36,109 bases of DNA from Bacteroidota bacterium (GCA_039796915.1 JBDKIU010000113.1:1-36109), one strand, 5' to 3'; positions 1-8,906 are shown, counted from the first letter of the stretch. Notes: a model not told the origin generated them from the letters alone. Made by a program: numbers and translations.

Positions 1-1
1 G

Positions 2-400
2 GGCCCCATTTTTGAAGGCAGCAATACCGCAGCTCCTGAGTTCCAAAACTTCATGGATTCACTGTTGAAGGCCAATGGTCTGAAGGCTGAACAAGTTCAA
101 TCTGTAAAGTTGGTTTCGGCCTCCATGAGCACGGATGACAGTATAGGATTTGATGCAACCTCATCTGCTACGGTGAGCATGCTAACTCGGAAAGCCGACA
201 TTAAAGAAGTAGCCGTCTTGAATCCGATTGCTAAAGGAAGCAAGAGCATCACCTTAAAAACCTCTGACGAGCGCGAACTGCGGGAATATTTCAATGAACA
301 ACTCATCAGCATGGTTTGTGACCTGAACTTTGGTACAGACAGAGATGCTGATTTCCATCTGAAAGGAAACTTTCGTTTTCGCATCACTGTTAAAGAATAA
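2..400 (+). CDS. Hypothetical protein, 5'-truncated by the window edge
   Basis: Frame is open from base 2 (GPIFEGSNT...) through ORF 53..400 to TAA; co-oriented with the next gene. Confidence 0.7.
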   Translation, partial: GPIFEGSNTAAPEFQNFMDSLLKANGLKAEQVQSVKLVSASMSTDDSIGFDATSSATVSMLTRKADIKEVAVLNPIAKGSKSITLKTSDERELREYFNEQLISMVCDLNFGTDRDADFHLKGNFRFRITVKE

Positions 401-428
401 CATCAACTCCTAAAATCTTCAAACGATT

Positions 429-881
429 ATGAACCTCAAAAACATCTGCCTCAGCATTCTGAGCATCGGTTTGCTGGCATCGTTCAGCCCTGCCGATGAT
501 GGCGACAGACTCATTGGCGTATGGGAACCCAGCAACGGCAAAGCCCGTGTGAAAGTGGAGAAAATTGCCGGTAAATACTACGGTAAGATTGTGTGGCTGC
601 GGGAACCCATTGACCCACAGACCAAGCTTCCCAAGGTGGACAAGAACAATCCTGATGTGAACATGCGCAGCGTACCCTTAAAAGGGTATCGCATGCTCAA
701 AGACTTCACTTATAAAGGCAGCAATGAATGGTCGGATGGAACCATCTACGACCCGGAAAATGGGAGCACCTACAACTGCGTAATCAAAATGAAAGATGCC
801 AATACGCTGGATATACGCGGATATATTGGCATTCAGACCTTCGGCCGCACCGACGTGTGGAAGCGTTTGAAGGTGAACTAA
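429..881 (+). CDS. DUF2147 family exported protein
   Basis: Signal peptide; motifs GKIVWL, DKNNPD, W-x-x-G-x-IYDPENGSTY, IRGYIGIQTFGRTDVW typical of DUF2147. Confidence 0.85.
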   Translation: MNLKNICLSILSIGLLASFSPADDGDRLIGVWEPSNGKARVKVEKIAGKYYGKIVWLREPIDPQTKLPKVDKNNPDVNMRSVPLKGYRMLKDFTYKGSNEWSDGTIYDPENGSTYNCVIKMKDANTLDIRGYIGIQTFGRTDVWKRLKVN

Positions 882-903
882 TCCTCATCGCAGGCACACG
901 CTT

Positions 904-945
904 TAAAAGCCACAGGCACGGTTTAAACCGTGCCTGTGGCTTTTA
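904..945. terminator. Perfect 42-bp palindrome, probable (bidirectional) intrinsic terminator
   Basis: TAAAAGCCACAGGCACGGTTT|AAACCGTGCCTGTGGCTTTTA, 22 bp after the DUF2147 stop, with A4/T4 ends. Confidence 0.75.
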
Positions 946-1077
946 TGGACCTCAATCAAACACGCTCCAAACTATTTCATGTATTTAATTGATTCAATAT
1001 CAGGGCCTTAGCTCTAAAATTCCGCGACAACTTATTCCTTCGTTGCTCAGCTTCGATATTTCAGCATTTAAAGTGCA

Positions 1078-1085
1078 TACATTTG
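1078..1085 (+). promoter_or_regulatory. Bacteroidota -7 promoter box (TAnnTTTG)
   Basis: TACATTTG is an exact consensus match in AT-rich intergenic DNA, 10 nt before ATG 1096. Confidence 0.45.
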
Positions 1086-1095
1086 TCTTCCCTCC

Positions 1096-1227
1096 ATGTT
1101 TAATTTAAAAACACTTCAGACATCCTCTGTTTTTTATTCAGGGCAAGACCAAAATACTTCATACATATTTCCGAAACACACGCAACAGCACGTTTACAGA
1201 TTAAAAGCGGAAACACCGCATAAATAG
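1096..1227 (+). CDS. Candidate small ORF, 43 aa (MFNLKTLQTSSVFYSGQDQNTSYIFPKHTQQHVYRLKAETPHK)
   Basis: ATG..TAG read by hand, below the ORF-track cutoff; directly behind a consensus -7 box; no recognisable homology. Confidence 0.25.
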   Translation: MFNLKTLQTSSVFYSGQDQNTSYIFPKHTQQHVYRLKAETPHK

Positions 1228-1386
1228 TGATTTTTCAACTTTCCACTACAGCATAGGGTATAGCAGTTTCATCTACTTTTCCAGCTGTCGGGACATTCAA
1301 TTTCATGAATGAATTTATTACTTAGTTTCTCATCCTTGTCTTTTTACATTTAATGTCTATATTTCCTACATCAACACTCCTTCATC

Positions 1387-2358
1387 ATGCCAGCATTACT
1401 CACCTACCTACTTTCCCTCGCGGCGGTTTACCTGCTGCTGAGCAACATTGTTTCCAGCTTTCTGGAATTATGGAATGCCTATTCAGGGCGTATTCATAAG
1501 CGTAAAATCTTCCTGCGGGAAATGCTTGAAAAAGCACTCACCGACGAGAAGAGTAACCTCGTTGCTGAGCTGTATCGGCATCCACAGATTGCACAACAGC
1601 TGAGCGGCACAGATTATATGCCAAGCGCCATCGACGGACAAAACTTTGCCGATGCGCTTTTTTCCATCATCGCAGAAAAAACTGTGGATGTGGGCGCCAC
1701 TGCTGCCGACCGCGTATCGGTTTCCAACGCAGAACGATTTGTACAGGGCATTGCTCTGGTAAATTCCTACAAACAGCAACAGTTCTTGTATAGTCTGCTG
1801 CCTTCAGGCAACGACCATGCAGACCATGCCGAGGCCATCAAAACGAATATTGTCAAATGGTTTGATGCTTATATGGCGCGCATTTCCGGCGAGTATAAGC
1901 GCAGACAGAAAAAGCCGCTGTTTGTTATTGCCTTGCTCGTGGCGATGGTATTAAACGTCAACGGTTTAACCCTGTTTCAGGATTTATGGCATAACCAAAA
2001 CGCCCAGAAAGCACTGGAAGCGAAAATGACGATGCTGGCCGCCCAGGGAAGTATGCAAGTATACGAAGGTGAAAACCCGAAGGAACTGATGGATTCCGTT
2101 ACCCGGGAACTGAACAGGATGGGCTTGCCCATCGGCATCAATCCGGGTGTGTGGAAAGCCTGCCTCAACAAAAAAGAACCCTTTAAACGCGATGCGGCAT
2201 CTGAAAGTCCCGGGTTCTGGGGCGTGACTTGGAATTATATAAGACTCCTGATCGGTTACATTCTTGCTGCATTGCTTATGCGTATGGGCGCGCCCTTCTG
2301 GTGGGATGTCATCAACAAAATCATCAATCTTCGTTCGGTAGGCACTTCAAAAAAGTAA
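1387..2358 (+). CDS. Uncharacterised membrane protein (C-terminal GAPFWxD motif)
   Basis: 323 aa, three hydrophobic segments; motifs YLLLS-x-x-VS, LYRHPQI, PSAI-x-x-x-NFA-x-AL, WFD, YKR, GLPIG, MGAPFWWDVINKIINLR. Confidence 0.85.
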   Translation: MPALLTYLLSLAAVYLLLSNIVSSFLELWNAYSGRIHKRKIFLREMLEKALTDEKSNLVAELYRHPQIAQQLSGTDYMPSAIDGQNFADALFSIIAEKTVDVGATAADRVSVSNAERFVQGIALVNSYKQQQFLYSLLPSGNDHADHAEAIKTNIVKWFDAYMARISGEYKRRQKKPLFVIALLVAMVLNVNGLTLFQDLWHNQNAQKALEAKMTMLAAQGSMQVYEGENPKELMDSVTRELNRMGLPIGINPGVWKACLNKKEPFKRDAASESPGFWGVTWNYIRLLIGYILAALLMRMGAPFWWDVINKIINLRSVGTSKK

Positions 2359-2361
2359 ATC

Positions 2362-3513
2362 ATGCCATACAATTGTCACGTACACCTGTTCAGCATACGC
2401 AACCTGCCCAACGCCTTTTACGGTTTTCCGGGATTTGCCAGACTGGCCAATAAGCCAAAACTGACGGCCGCTTCCATCAAAGCGCTGGAGCGTATTGCTC
2501 CGGTCAGCGATAACTTCAAACGCCTGATTGCCTTTGCCAAAATCGGGATGTTGCAGCACCAGCAAGAGGTTTTTGAACACCTGCGTAAAGCCTACGAATA
2601 TGATGATAACTGGAAATTCATTGTGCTCACCATGGACATGGACCACATGAATGCCGGAAAGGCTCAGGAGAATTTCTACGCCCAGATCGAAGAAATTTAT
2701 GCGCTGAAGAAGCAATTCCCGAAGCAGATTTTTGGTTTTGTTGGCTTCGATCCGAGAAATGCCGATGGCCTGCATACCGTGCAGCACAGCATCGAACGCA
2801 AACATTTTTATGGGGTGAAACTGTACCCGCCGCTGGGCTTTTATCCCTTCGACCACAGAATGGAATCGCTTTACGCCTACGCACAGGAACATCAAATTCC
2901 ACTGATGACACATTGCGACATTGGCGGCATCCATTATCAGTCGGATGAAAAATGGGGCATCCTCAAAAAGAAAAACCGCATCAGTGATGCCCACCGCCGG
3001 CCTGTTTCTTTTTGTGGTATTCCGGAAGAAATTCAGCAGCGCTTAAACGACGATACCGACTATGCCTGCTTTAGATACAACTTCTCCAACCCTGTCAATT
3101 ATGAACCTGTATTGAAGCAATTTCCGGATTTGAAGATTTGTCTGGCGCATGCCGGCGGCAGCATCTACATGAATCATGATCAGAAAAATATTGATGAGCG
3201 GAAATGCACAGCCTTAGGCACCCAAAACTGGTTCGATCGTGTAAAATCCCTGTTGCGTTACAAAAATGTATATACCGATGTAAGCTATACCCTTTATGAG
3301 CATGCGGTTTTCGACGATATCGCGGCACTCATCCGGGAGTTTCCCGATAAAGTTTTATTCGGAACGGATTTCTTCATGACGGAGAAAGAAAATCCCGAGC
3401 AAAAGCTGGTGAAGGACTTCCGAGCGGCCATCAGTGCCGATCAATGGGAACAAATTACCGAACACAACCCTCGACGCTACCTCACTTCTTCCTTCCACCA
3501 AAATCTTCCGTAA
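2362..3513 (+). CDS. Amidohydrolase family protein (Amidohydro_2-like TIM-barrel metallohydrolase)
   Basis: N-terminal HxH (CHVH), GFDPR, GVKLYPPLGF, THC, LAHAGG, YTDVSY, LFGTDF; no signal peptide. Confidence 0.88.
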   Translation: MPYNCHVHLFSIRNLPNAFYGFPGFARLANKPKLTAASIKALERIAPVSDNFKRLIAFAKIGMLQHQQEVFEHLRKAYEYDDNWKFIVLTMDMDHMNAGKAQENFYAQIEEIYALKKQFPKQIFGFVGFDPRNADGLHTVQHSIERKHFYGVKLYPPLGFYPFDHRMESLYAYAQEHQIPLMTHCDIGGIHYQSDEKWGILKKKNRISDAHRRPVSFCGIPEEIQQRLNDDTDYACFRYNFSNPVNYEPVLKQFPDLKICLAHAGGSIYMNHDQKNIDERKCTALGTQNWFDRVKSLLRYKNVYTDVSYTLYEHAVFDDIAALIREFPDKVLFGTDFFMTEKENPEQKLVKDFRAAISADQWEQITEHNPRRYLTSSFHQNLP

Positions 3514-5184
3514 ATGAGCAACAAACCTTACGCAGACCTGCATCTTCATGTCCACATGCGCAGTTACAACAATGTGGCGATTGATCAATACCGCGACAAC
3601 CCGAAATACTTTCATCCCTGGACGATTTCGGCAGGTAATCTGAAAAAGCAAGGAAAGGGAAAACGGGCTTTTTCGTACAACCAGAGCAACCTGGTATTAT
3701 GTACGAATTCAAACACAAGGCTGGTTTTTAATGCGCTCTATCCCATTGAACGTGGCTTTTTCATCACGGGAAGAACCCTGGGGCCGGCCGATATCGCGCA
3801 GATTGCCGAATACCTGAGCGCGCATGAAATCCTGAATCCACTGCTCAACGGACTGGGCCTTCTGGCGAAGGAAAAAATCAATGACCCCGAAGTGCGTAAA
3901 ACCATTCAGGCACTGATGATGAAAATTCCGAAGGAACGGGCAGACTTCTTTACTTCACCAGGCTACGACTATTGGCAGGAATTGCATACCGAACGCGATT
4001 TCATCATCCATAATTCAAAGGAGGAACGGGAAAGTGTTGTGCTGGGTGAAAACAGGCTGATTCAGCAAATTACAGGTCAGTCGAAAAAGGAAGACTACCT
4101 CCGCAACACCAAAGCAAAAGGCAAATACACCATCTGCAATCAGGGCGCGGAAGTGCGCAACATCATCGAACAGGAACGTGGCATTGCAATGGTGCTCACC
4201 ATTGAAGGTGCGCATGTGCTGGGGATTGACAAAATGAATCCGCTGGATCCTGACTTTTTCGTACACATCAAAAAACGAATTAATGCGCTCAGAAACTGGA
4301 CCCAATCGCGCATCTTCTTCCTCACGCTGGGACATCATTTTGACAACCATATCAGCGGTCATGCCAAAAGTCTTCCCTCGCCCGGCGATATTTTACTCGA
4401 CCAAAGCGCACGTTTGGATGAAGGTTTGACGGATCTGGGGGAACAATGTGTGGCTCATTTCCTCGGGATTGCCAAAGATCAAAGTGGTCGCTATATGCCT
4501 GATCCGGCGATGTCTGGAAAGAACATCCTGATCGACTTAAAACACAGTTCGGCAAGAACCCGTGCGGACATCTATGAACGTATCTACAAGCAAATTCCAC
4601 AAAATCTTCCACCATTGATTTACAGCCACATGGGCTACAGTGGCGTGGATACGCTGCAGGAACTCATAGCGCTGAACAATCCTATGGGTGATGGCAGCTA
4701 CATCAACCGGTGGAACATCAATATGTGTCATGAGGATTTATTCTGGGCGGTGAAAACGGGCGGCCTGATTGGGTTGAGTCTGGATCAAAGGATCTGTGGC
4801 ATCGACACGAAAGCAGAAGAACGCAACAACGACAAAGTACCAAATATGGACAGCGGCAGTGCTGATGCGCTGTGGCAAAACCTGATCGGCATGATTGAGG
4901 GCATCATCAGGCATCCAAACCTGGGCACATCGGAAAAGCAGAACCTGTGGAATCTGTTCTGTCTGGGAAGCGATTTCGATGGCTACATCGACCCTTTGAA
5001 CAAGTACGCGACGTTGCTGGATTATCCGGTTCTTGAAGCAGACCTTGCGCGAAAAATTCAGGAAGCGATGTTCGATTTAAATCGAACAGAGGCATACTTC
5101 GTACCTGCAGGCGCGACGGCTGAAAGTCTGGCAAGGAAGATCTGTTTTGACAATGCATACCATTTTGTGGTGAAGCATTTTTAG
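3514..5184 (+). CDS. Peptidase M19 / membrane-dipeptidase-like metallohydrolase
   Basis: DLHLH, LTIEGAH, LGHHFDN, GLTDLG, IDLKH, YSHMG, GGLIGL, LGSDFDG; starts immediately after the previous stop (TAAATG). Confidence 0.85.
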   Translation: MSNKPYADLHLHVHMRSYNNVAIDQYRDNPKYFHPWTISAGNLKKQGKGKRAFSYNQSNLVLCTNSNTRLVFNALYPIERGFFITGRTLGPADIAQIAEYLSAHEILNPLLNGLGLLAKEKINDPEVRKTIQALMMKIPKERADFFTSPGYDYWQELHTERDFIIHNSKEERESVVLGENRLIQQITGQSKKEDYLRNTKAKGKYTICNQGAEVRNIIEQERGIAMVLTIEGAHVLGIDKMNPLDPDFFVHIKKRINALRNWTQSRIFFLTLGHHFDNHISGHAKSLPSPGDILLDQSARLDEGLTDLGEQCVAHFLGIAKDQSGRYMPDPAMSGKNILIDLKHSSARTRADIYERIYKQIPQNLPPLIYSHMGYSGVDTLQELIALNNPMGDGSYINRWNINMCHEDLFWAVKTGGLIGLSLDQRICGIDTKAEERNNDKVPNMDSGSADALWQNLIGMIEGIIRHPNLGTSEKQNLWNLFCLGSDFDGYIDPLNKYATLLDYPVLEADLARKIQEAMFDLNRTEAYFVPAGATAESLARKICFDNAYHFVVKHF

Positions 5185-5193
5185 GGATGGAAC

Positions 5194-5225
5194 TGCCATC
5201 CAATGGTTTAAACCATTGGATGGCA
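5194..5225. repeat. Perfect 32-bp palindrome between convergent genes (imperfectly extendable to 5183-5233)
   Basis: TGCCATCCAATGGTTT|AAACCATTGGATGGCA; outer AGGGA/TCCCT can also pair; no U-tract on either side. Confidence 0.8.
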
Positions 5226-5232
5226 ACCTCCC

Positions 5233-6297
5233 TCACGGACTCACCAAATTCAGCGATACCTGAACATACGGTGCCGGGCTCAACTTATTCTGCATCAGGA
5301 ACGGCTGTTCTCCGAAGAAACCACGGTAGAAGTTGCCGCGGTCAGCGTTGAAACTGTAGTTGGCACGCATGCCGGCCTGGGCACTGAGCCAGATGAATCC
5401 GTGCAGGCTGCGTTCGTAGGTAAACCGGAAACGCAGCTCGCTGCGACGTAATTCAAAATCATTCACGCCAAAAGTCTGTGCACCCTGCATCCAGTAGCTG
5501 CCGCCTTCCAGCTCATACCCGAAGAACAACAGGTTGCGCGGATTGAAGGTGCGGCGAATGGCGGCACGGGCGGGAAACAACATCTCCACACCGTATTTGC
5601 GCGAAGGCCAGGTATAGTTCAGCAGCAAAGCCGGGATGTAATTGATTTCACCGGCCCTCCAGGTGCGCACCGCACCCAAAGCCCACTGCTTGCGGTCGTG
5701 TACCTTTTTACCATACAAAACAGCCGCACTGCCTTTGGTTTGATCCAAAGCCGATCCAACGCCGTCCCAGCCGTAGTCGCCATTCATTTCCAGCTGACCC
5801 TGAAACAACAGGAAACGCTGTTCATCCAGCGGTTTAAACACAGTGGTATTCAGCGCCGTGCTGCGGACGCCCTTGTTCCAAATCATGTCCGATGGCCGGA
5901 GTAAAGGGGAAATGCCCCCTTCCTGCTTGCGGGAATAAATCTGTTCCAGATAATAGCCGCCGATGGTCCAGGTGATGGCAGTATTAGAAATCACGGGGAT
6001 GTTGGCGAACAGGCGTAATCCACGGCTGTTGCCCATATTCCGCTGCACAGCGCTGCCGCCGGCAAATGAATCAAGATTCATGGAATAAGGCCCCTGAATG
6101 TCGTACCCAATGCTGATGAGCTTCTGCGGACTTAAATCAAGCACCTTGCTGGTGCAGAAACGCTTGGCGCCATCGTCGGCAAAACCCACATTTTCATATT
6201 GGCTGAAATCTTCTTCAACAGCAGTGCTGTCTGTTTGTGCGCGCATCGGCTGCGCCACGCAGCATGCGGCGATGGTGATGAGGTGAAAGAATTTCAT
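5233..6297 (-). CDS. Outer-membrane beta-barrel protein (DUF6268-like)
   Basis: ATG 6297 gives a signal peptide (MKFFHLITIAACC...); alternating beta-strand pattern; IPALLLNY, VEMLFP, FGYELEGGSY. Confidence 0.7.
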   Translation of the reverse strand: MKFFHLITIAACCVAQPMRAQTDSTAVEEDFSQYENVGFADDGAKRFCTSKVLDLSPQKLISIGYDIQGPYSMNLDSFAGGSAVQRNMGNSRGLRLFANIPVISNTAITWTIGGYYLEQIYSRKQEGGISPLLRPSDMIWNKGVRSTALNTTVFKPLDEQRFLLFQGQLEMNGDYGWDGVGSALDQTKGSAAVLYGKKVHDRKQWALGAVRTWRAGEINYIPALLLNYTWPSRKYGVEMLFPARAAIRRTFNPRNLLFFGYELEGGSYWMQGAQTFGVNDFELRRSELRFRFTYERSLHGFIWLSAQAGMRANYSFNADRGNFYRGFFGEQPFLMQNKLSPAPYVQVSLNLVSP

Positions 6298-6392
6298 AAG
6301 AAAGAAAGTCCAAAGATGCACAAAATGGGATAAATAGGCTGTGTGCCTGTATTGGTTAAACCGCGTAAAACGCGCAAATTTGGGGCATCGTT

Positions 6393-8906
6393 ATGAAAGA
6401 CAAACTGCGCGCCATCGGGCTTCCGCTCTTGCTCTGCCTGATCATTTCAGCCTTATACACCCTGCCCACGTTCAACGGGAAAATCCACTCCCAAAGCGAC
6501 GTAAACCAGGGTTTGCTGAGTTTAACGGAAGCCAATACATTCAAAGAACGCGACGGACAGCTGCCATACTGGACCAATGCCATCTTCAGCGGCATGCCTA
6601 CCACGCTCATTGGTGGCCGTCCTTCAGACAACCTCATCGCGAAAGCCAACCACCTGTTCCTGAAAGCCTTGTATCCGTATCGCATCATGGCGGTGAACAT
6701 GATAGGATTTCTGGTGCTGCTGCTCGCACTGGGCATCACACCCTGGCTGGCCGCCGGTGGTGCCGTGGCCTATTCATTTGCCACATACAGCATCAGCAGT
6801 ATTGAAGCAGCGCATTATACCAAATGTCTGGCCATGGGCGTGATGCCTGCCATCCTCGGCGGCCTCATCATGATCATGAAGCGCAACTACCTGTGGGGAC
6901 TCTTCGTCACAGCCTTCAGCTTAAGCCTTCAGATTTATTACTTCCACTATCAAATCACCTATTACACAGCCATCCTGATCGGCATCTTCGCCATCTTCTA
7001 CGCATATCAGATGATGCGTGAACGCGCCTGGAAACACCTCGTCATCGGCGGAGCACTGGCGCTGCTGGCAGGGGCGTTGGGCGTTGTTTCCAACATCAGC
7101 AAGCTCAAAACCACTTCAGAATATGCCGAACAGTCCATGCGTGGCGGTTCCGCTTTGGCCAACAACCAAACCCAAAGCCCGGAAGGCCCGGGCAGCGAAG
7201 TGGGCACCGATGGCCTGGGCAGAGATTACGCCTTCGGATGGAGCTACGGACTGGCCGAAACATTCACCTTTATCATCCCCGGTTTTGAAGGAAGAAGCAG
7301 CACCGAAAACGTGGGCGGACGCTCCTCCGGCCTTTATGAAGAACTCACTGCCGGTGGCGCCGATCCCGGACAAGCCAAAGAATTTGCCGAACGCGCCCCA
7401 ACCTATTTCGGCGACCTGCCATTCACCAGCGGACCTGTATATCTGGGCGCGGCCATCATGTTCCTGTTTGTGCTCAGCCTGTTCGTGGTGCGCGATGCCA
7501 TTCGCTGGCCCATCCTGGCAGCATTGGGCGTGTCTGTAGCGCTGGCCTGGGGGAAACACTTCGCCATTCTGAACGACTTCCTCTTCGAAACCCTTCCCTA
7601 TTACAACAAATTCCGCACGCCCATGATGGCGCTGACCATCGCTCAGGTCATGGTTCCCCTGCTGGCCATTCTTGGTCTGCAAAAATGGATGAGCGCAGAC
7701 CTCAAAACGGCAGACAAACTGAAAAGCCTGAAAATGGCTGGCCTCATCACTGGTGGATTTGTACTGCTGTTTGGATTTATTGGCAGCTACCTGCGTGAAT
7801 ACGCCGCCGCGAGCGACGGGCAGATGCAACCCTTCCTGGCCGATGCACTGCAAAATGCACGTGCTTCGATGGTACGTAAAGATTCCCTGCGCTCGCTGCT
7901 GTTCATCGGCATGAGCTTCGGGCTCTTGTGGTATTGGCTGCAGGGACGCATTAAAGAAACCTTGCTGTATTACGGCATCATTGCGGTAATGCTGATAGAC
8001 CTCGGCGGCCTGGCCTGGCATTACCTTGGCTGGAAAGACTATAAATTCAAATACCGTTTGGATCCCATTGTAGAACAAACACAGGCCGATGAGCAAATTA
8101 TGGCCGACAAGGATCCGCATTTTCGCGTGTTTGAACTCACGCCCAACCGCGACCCATTCTCCGACAACCGCGGAGCCAAGTTTCATAAACTCATCAACGG
8201 CTACCATCCGGCCAAGCTGAGCGTTTATCAGGATCTGATTCTGAACCACCTCGGCAAAAACAATCCTGCCGTACTCGACATGCTCAACTGCAAATACTAC
8301 ATCGGCTACGACAATCAAAATCAGCCGGTAGCGCAGCTGCGTCCAAGCGCGCTGGGCAATGGCTGGTTTGTGAACAAACTGCGCTGGGTGGCCGATCCGC
8401 GCAGCGAAATCGACGCGCTGAAATCTTCAAACCTGCTTCAGGACAGCACCGCCGATTCCCTGACTTCAAGCCTGGTGTTCAGGTTCTATCCACGCGTGGA
8501 GGCCGTGGCTCAGAAAATGAACAGCAACCTGAACAACGAACAGATTTTGGGCAACGCCACCGAGTTTCGCCTGGACAGCAGCGCCAGCATCAAACTGAGC
8601 AGCTACCACCCCGATTCGCTGCGCTATAAAACCAACAACAGCGCCGAAGGACTTGCCGTATTTTCCGAATTGTATTATCCGGGCTGGCGCGCCTACCTGG
8701 ACGGAAAAGAGGTTCCATACGGAAGGGTAAACTACGCCCTGCGGGCCCTGAAAATTCCAGCCGGCAATCATGAAGTGCTGTTTGTATTTGCCCCGGAACA
8801 GGGACATAACTACGGGCAACTGGAACTGGCAAGCTCGGTATTCATCCTGCTGCTGCTGCCCGCCGCCTTCCTCCTCAACAGAAAAAAAGAACAAGAAGCT
8901 GCATAA
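6393..8906 (+). CDS. YfhO family multi-pass membrane protein (GT-C-fold glycosyltransferase-like)
   Basis: 837 aa, many TM helices; WTNAIFSGMP, YNKFRTP, GYHPAKL, FSELYYPGWRAYLDG, RVNYALRALKIPAGNHEVLFVF. Confidence 0.9.
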   Translation: MKDKLRAIGLPLLLCLIISALYTLPTFNGKIHSQSDVNQGLLSLTEANTFKERDGQLPYWTNAIFSGMPTTLIGGRPSDNLIAKANHLFLKALYPYRIMAVNMIGFLVLLLALGITPWLAAGGAVAYSFATYSISSIEAAHYTKCLAMGVMPAILGGLIMIMKRNYLWGLFVTAFSLSLQIYYFHYQITYYTAILIGIFAIFYAYQMMRERAWKHLVIGGALALLAGALGVVSNISKLKTTSEYAEQSMRGGSALANNQTQSPEGPGSEVGTDGLGRDYAFGWSYGLAETFTFIIPGFEGRSSTENVGGRSSGLYEELTAGGADPGQAKEFAERAPTYFGDLPFTSGPVYLGAAIMFLFVLSLFVVRDAIRWPILAALGVSVALAWGKHFAILNDFLFETLPYYNKFRTPMMALTIAQVMVPLLAILGLQKWMSADLKTADKLKSLKMAGLITGGFVLLFGFIGSYLREYAAASDGQMQPFLADALQNARASMVRKDSLRSLLFIGMSFGLLWYWLQGRIKETLLYYGIIAVMLIDLGGLAWHYLGWKDYKFKYRLDPIVEQTQADEQIMADKDPHFRVFELTPNRDPFSDNRGAKFHKLINGYHPAKLSVYQDLILNHLGKNNPAVLDMLNCKYYIGYDNQNQPVAQLRPSALGNGWFVNKLRWVADPRSEIDALKSSNLLQDSTADSLTSSLVFRFYPRVEAVAQKMNSNLNNEQILGNATEFRLDSSASIKLSSYHPDSLRYKTNNSAEGLAVFSELYYPGWRAYLDGKEVPYGRVNYALRALKIPAGNHEVLFVFAPEQGHNYGQLELASSVFILLLLPAAFLLNRKKEQEAA

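Noticed and set aside
1235-1306. Minus-strand 23-codon ORF (MKLNVPTAGKVDETAIPYAVVES)
   Set aside because: Too short, with no promoter or homology support
904-5225. CRISPR array, integron or IS interpretation of the palindromes
   Set aside because: Only two copies 4.3 kb apart with different arms; no cas, intI or transposase gene in the window
7116-8318. 400-aa antisense ORF, and many similar ones (e.g. 2347..2994, 29841..30587)
   Set aside because: They lie wholly opposite well-supported genes and have no motifs; such shadow frames are expected from codon bias
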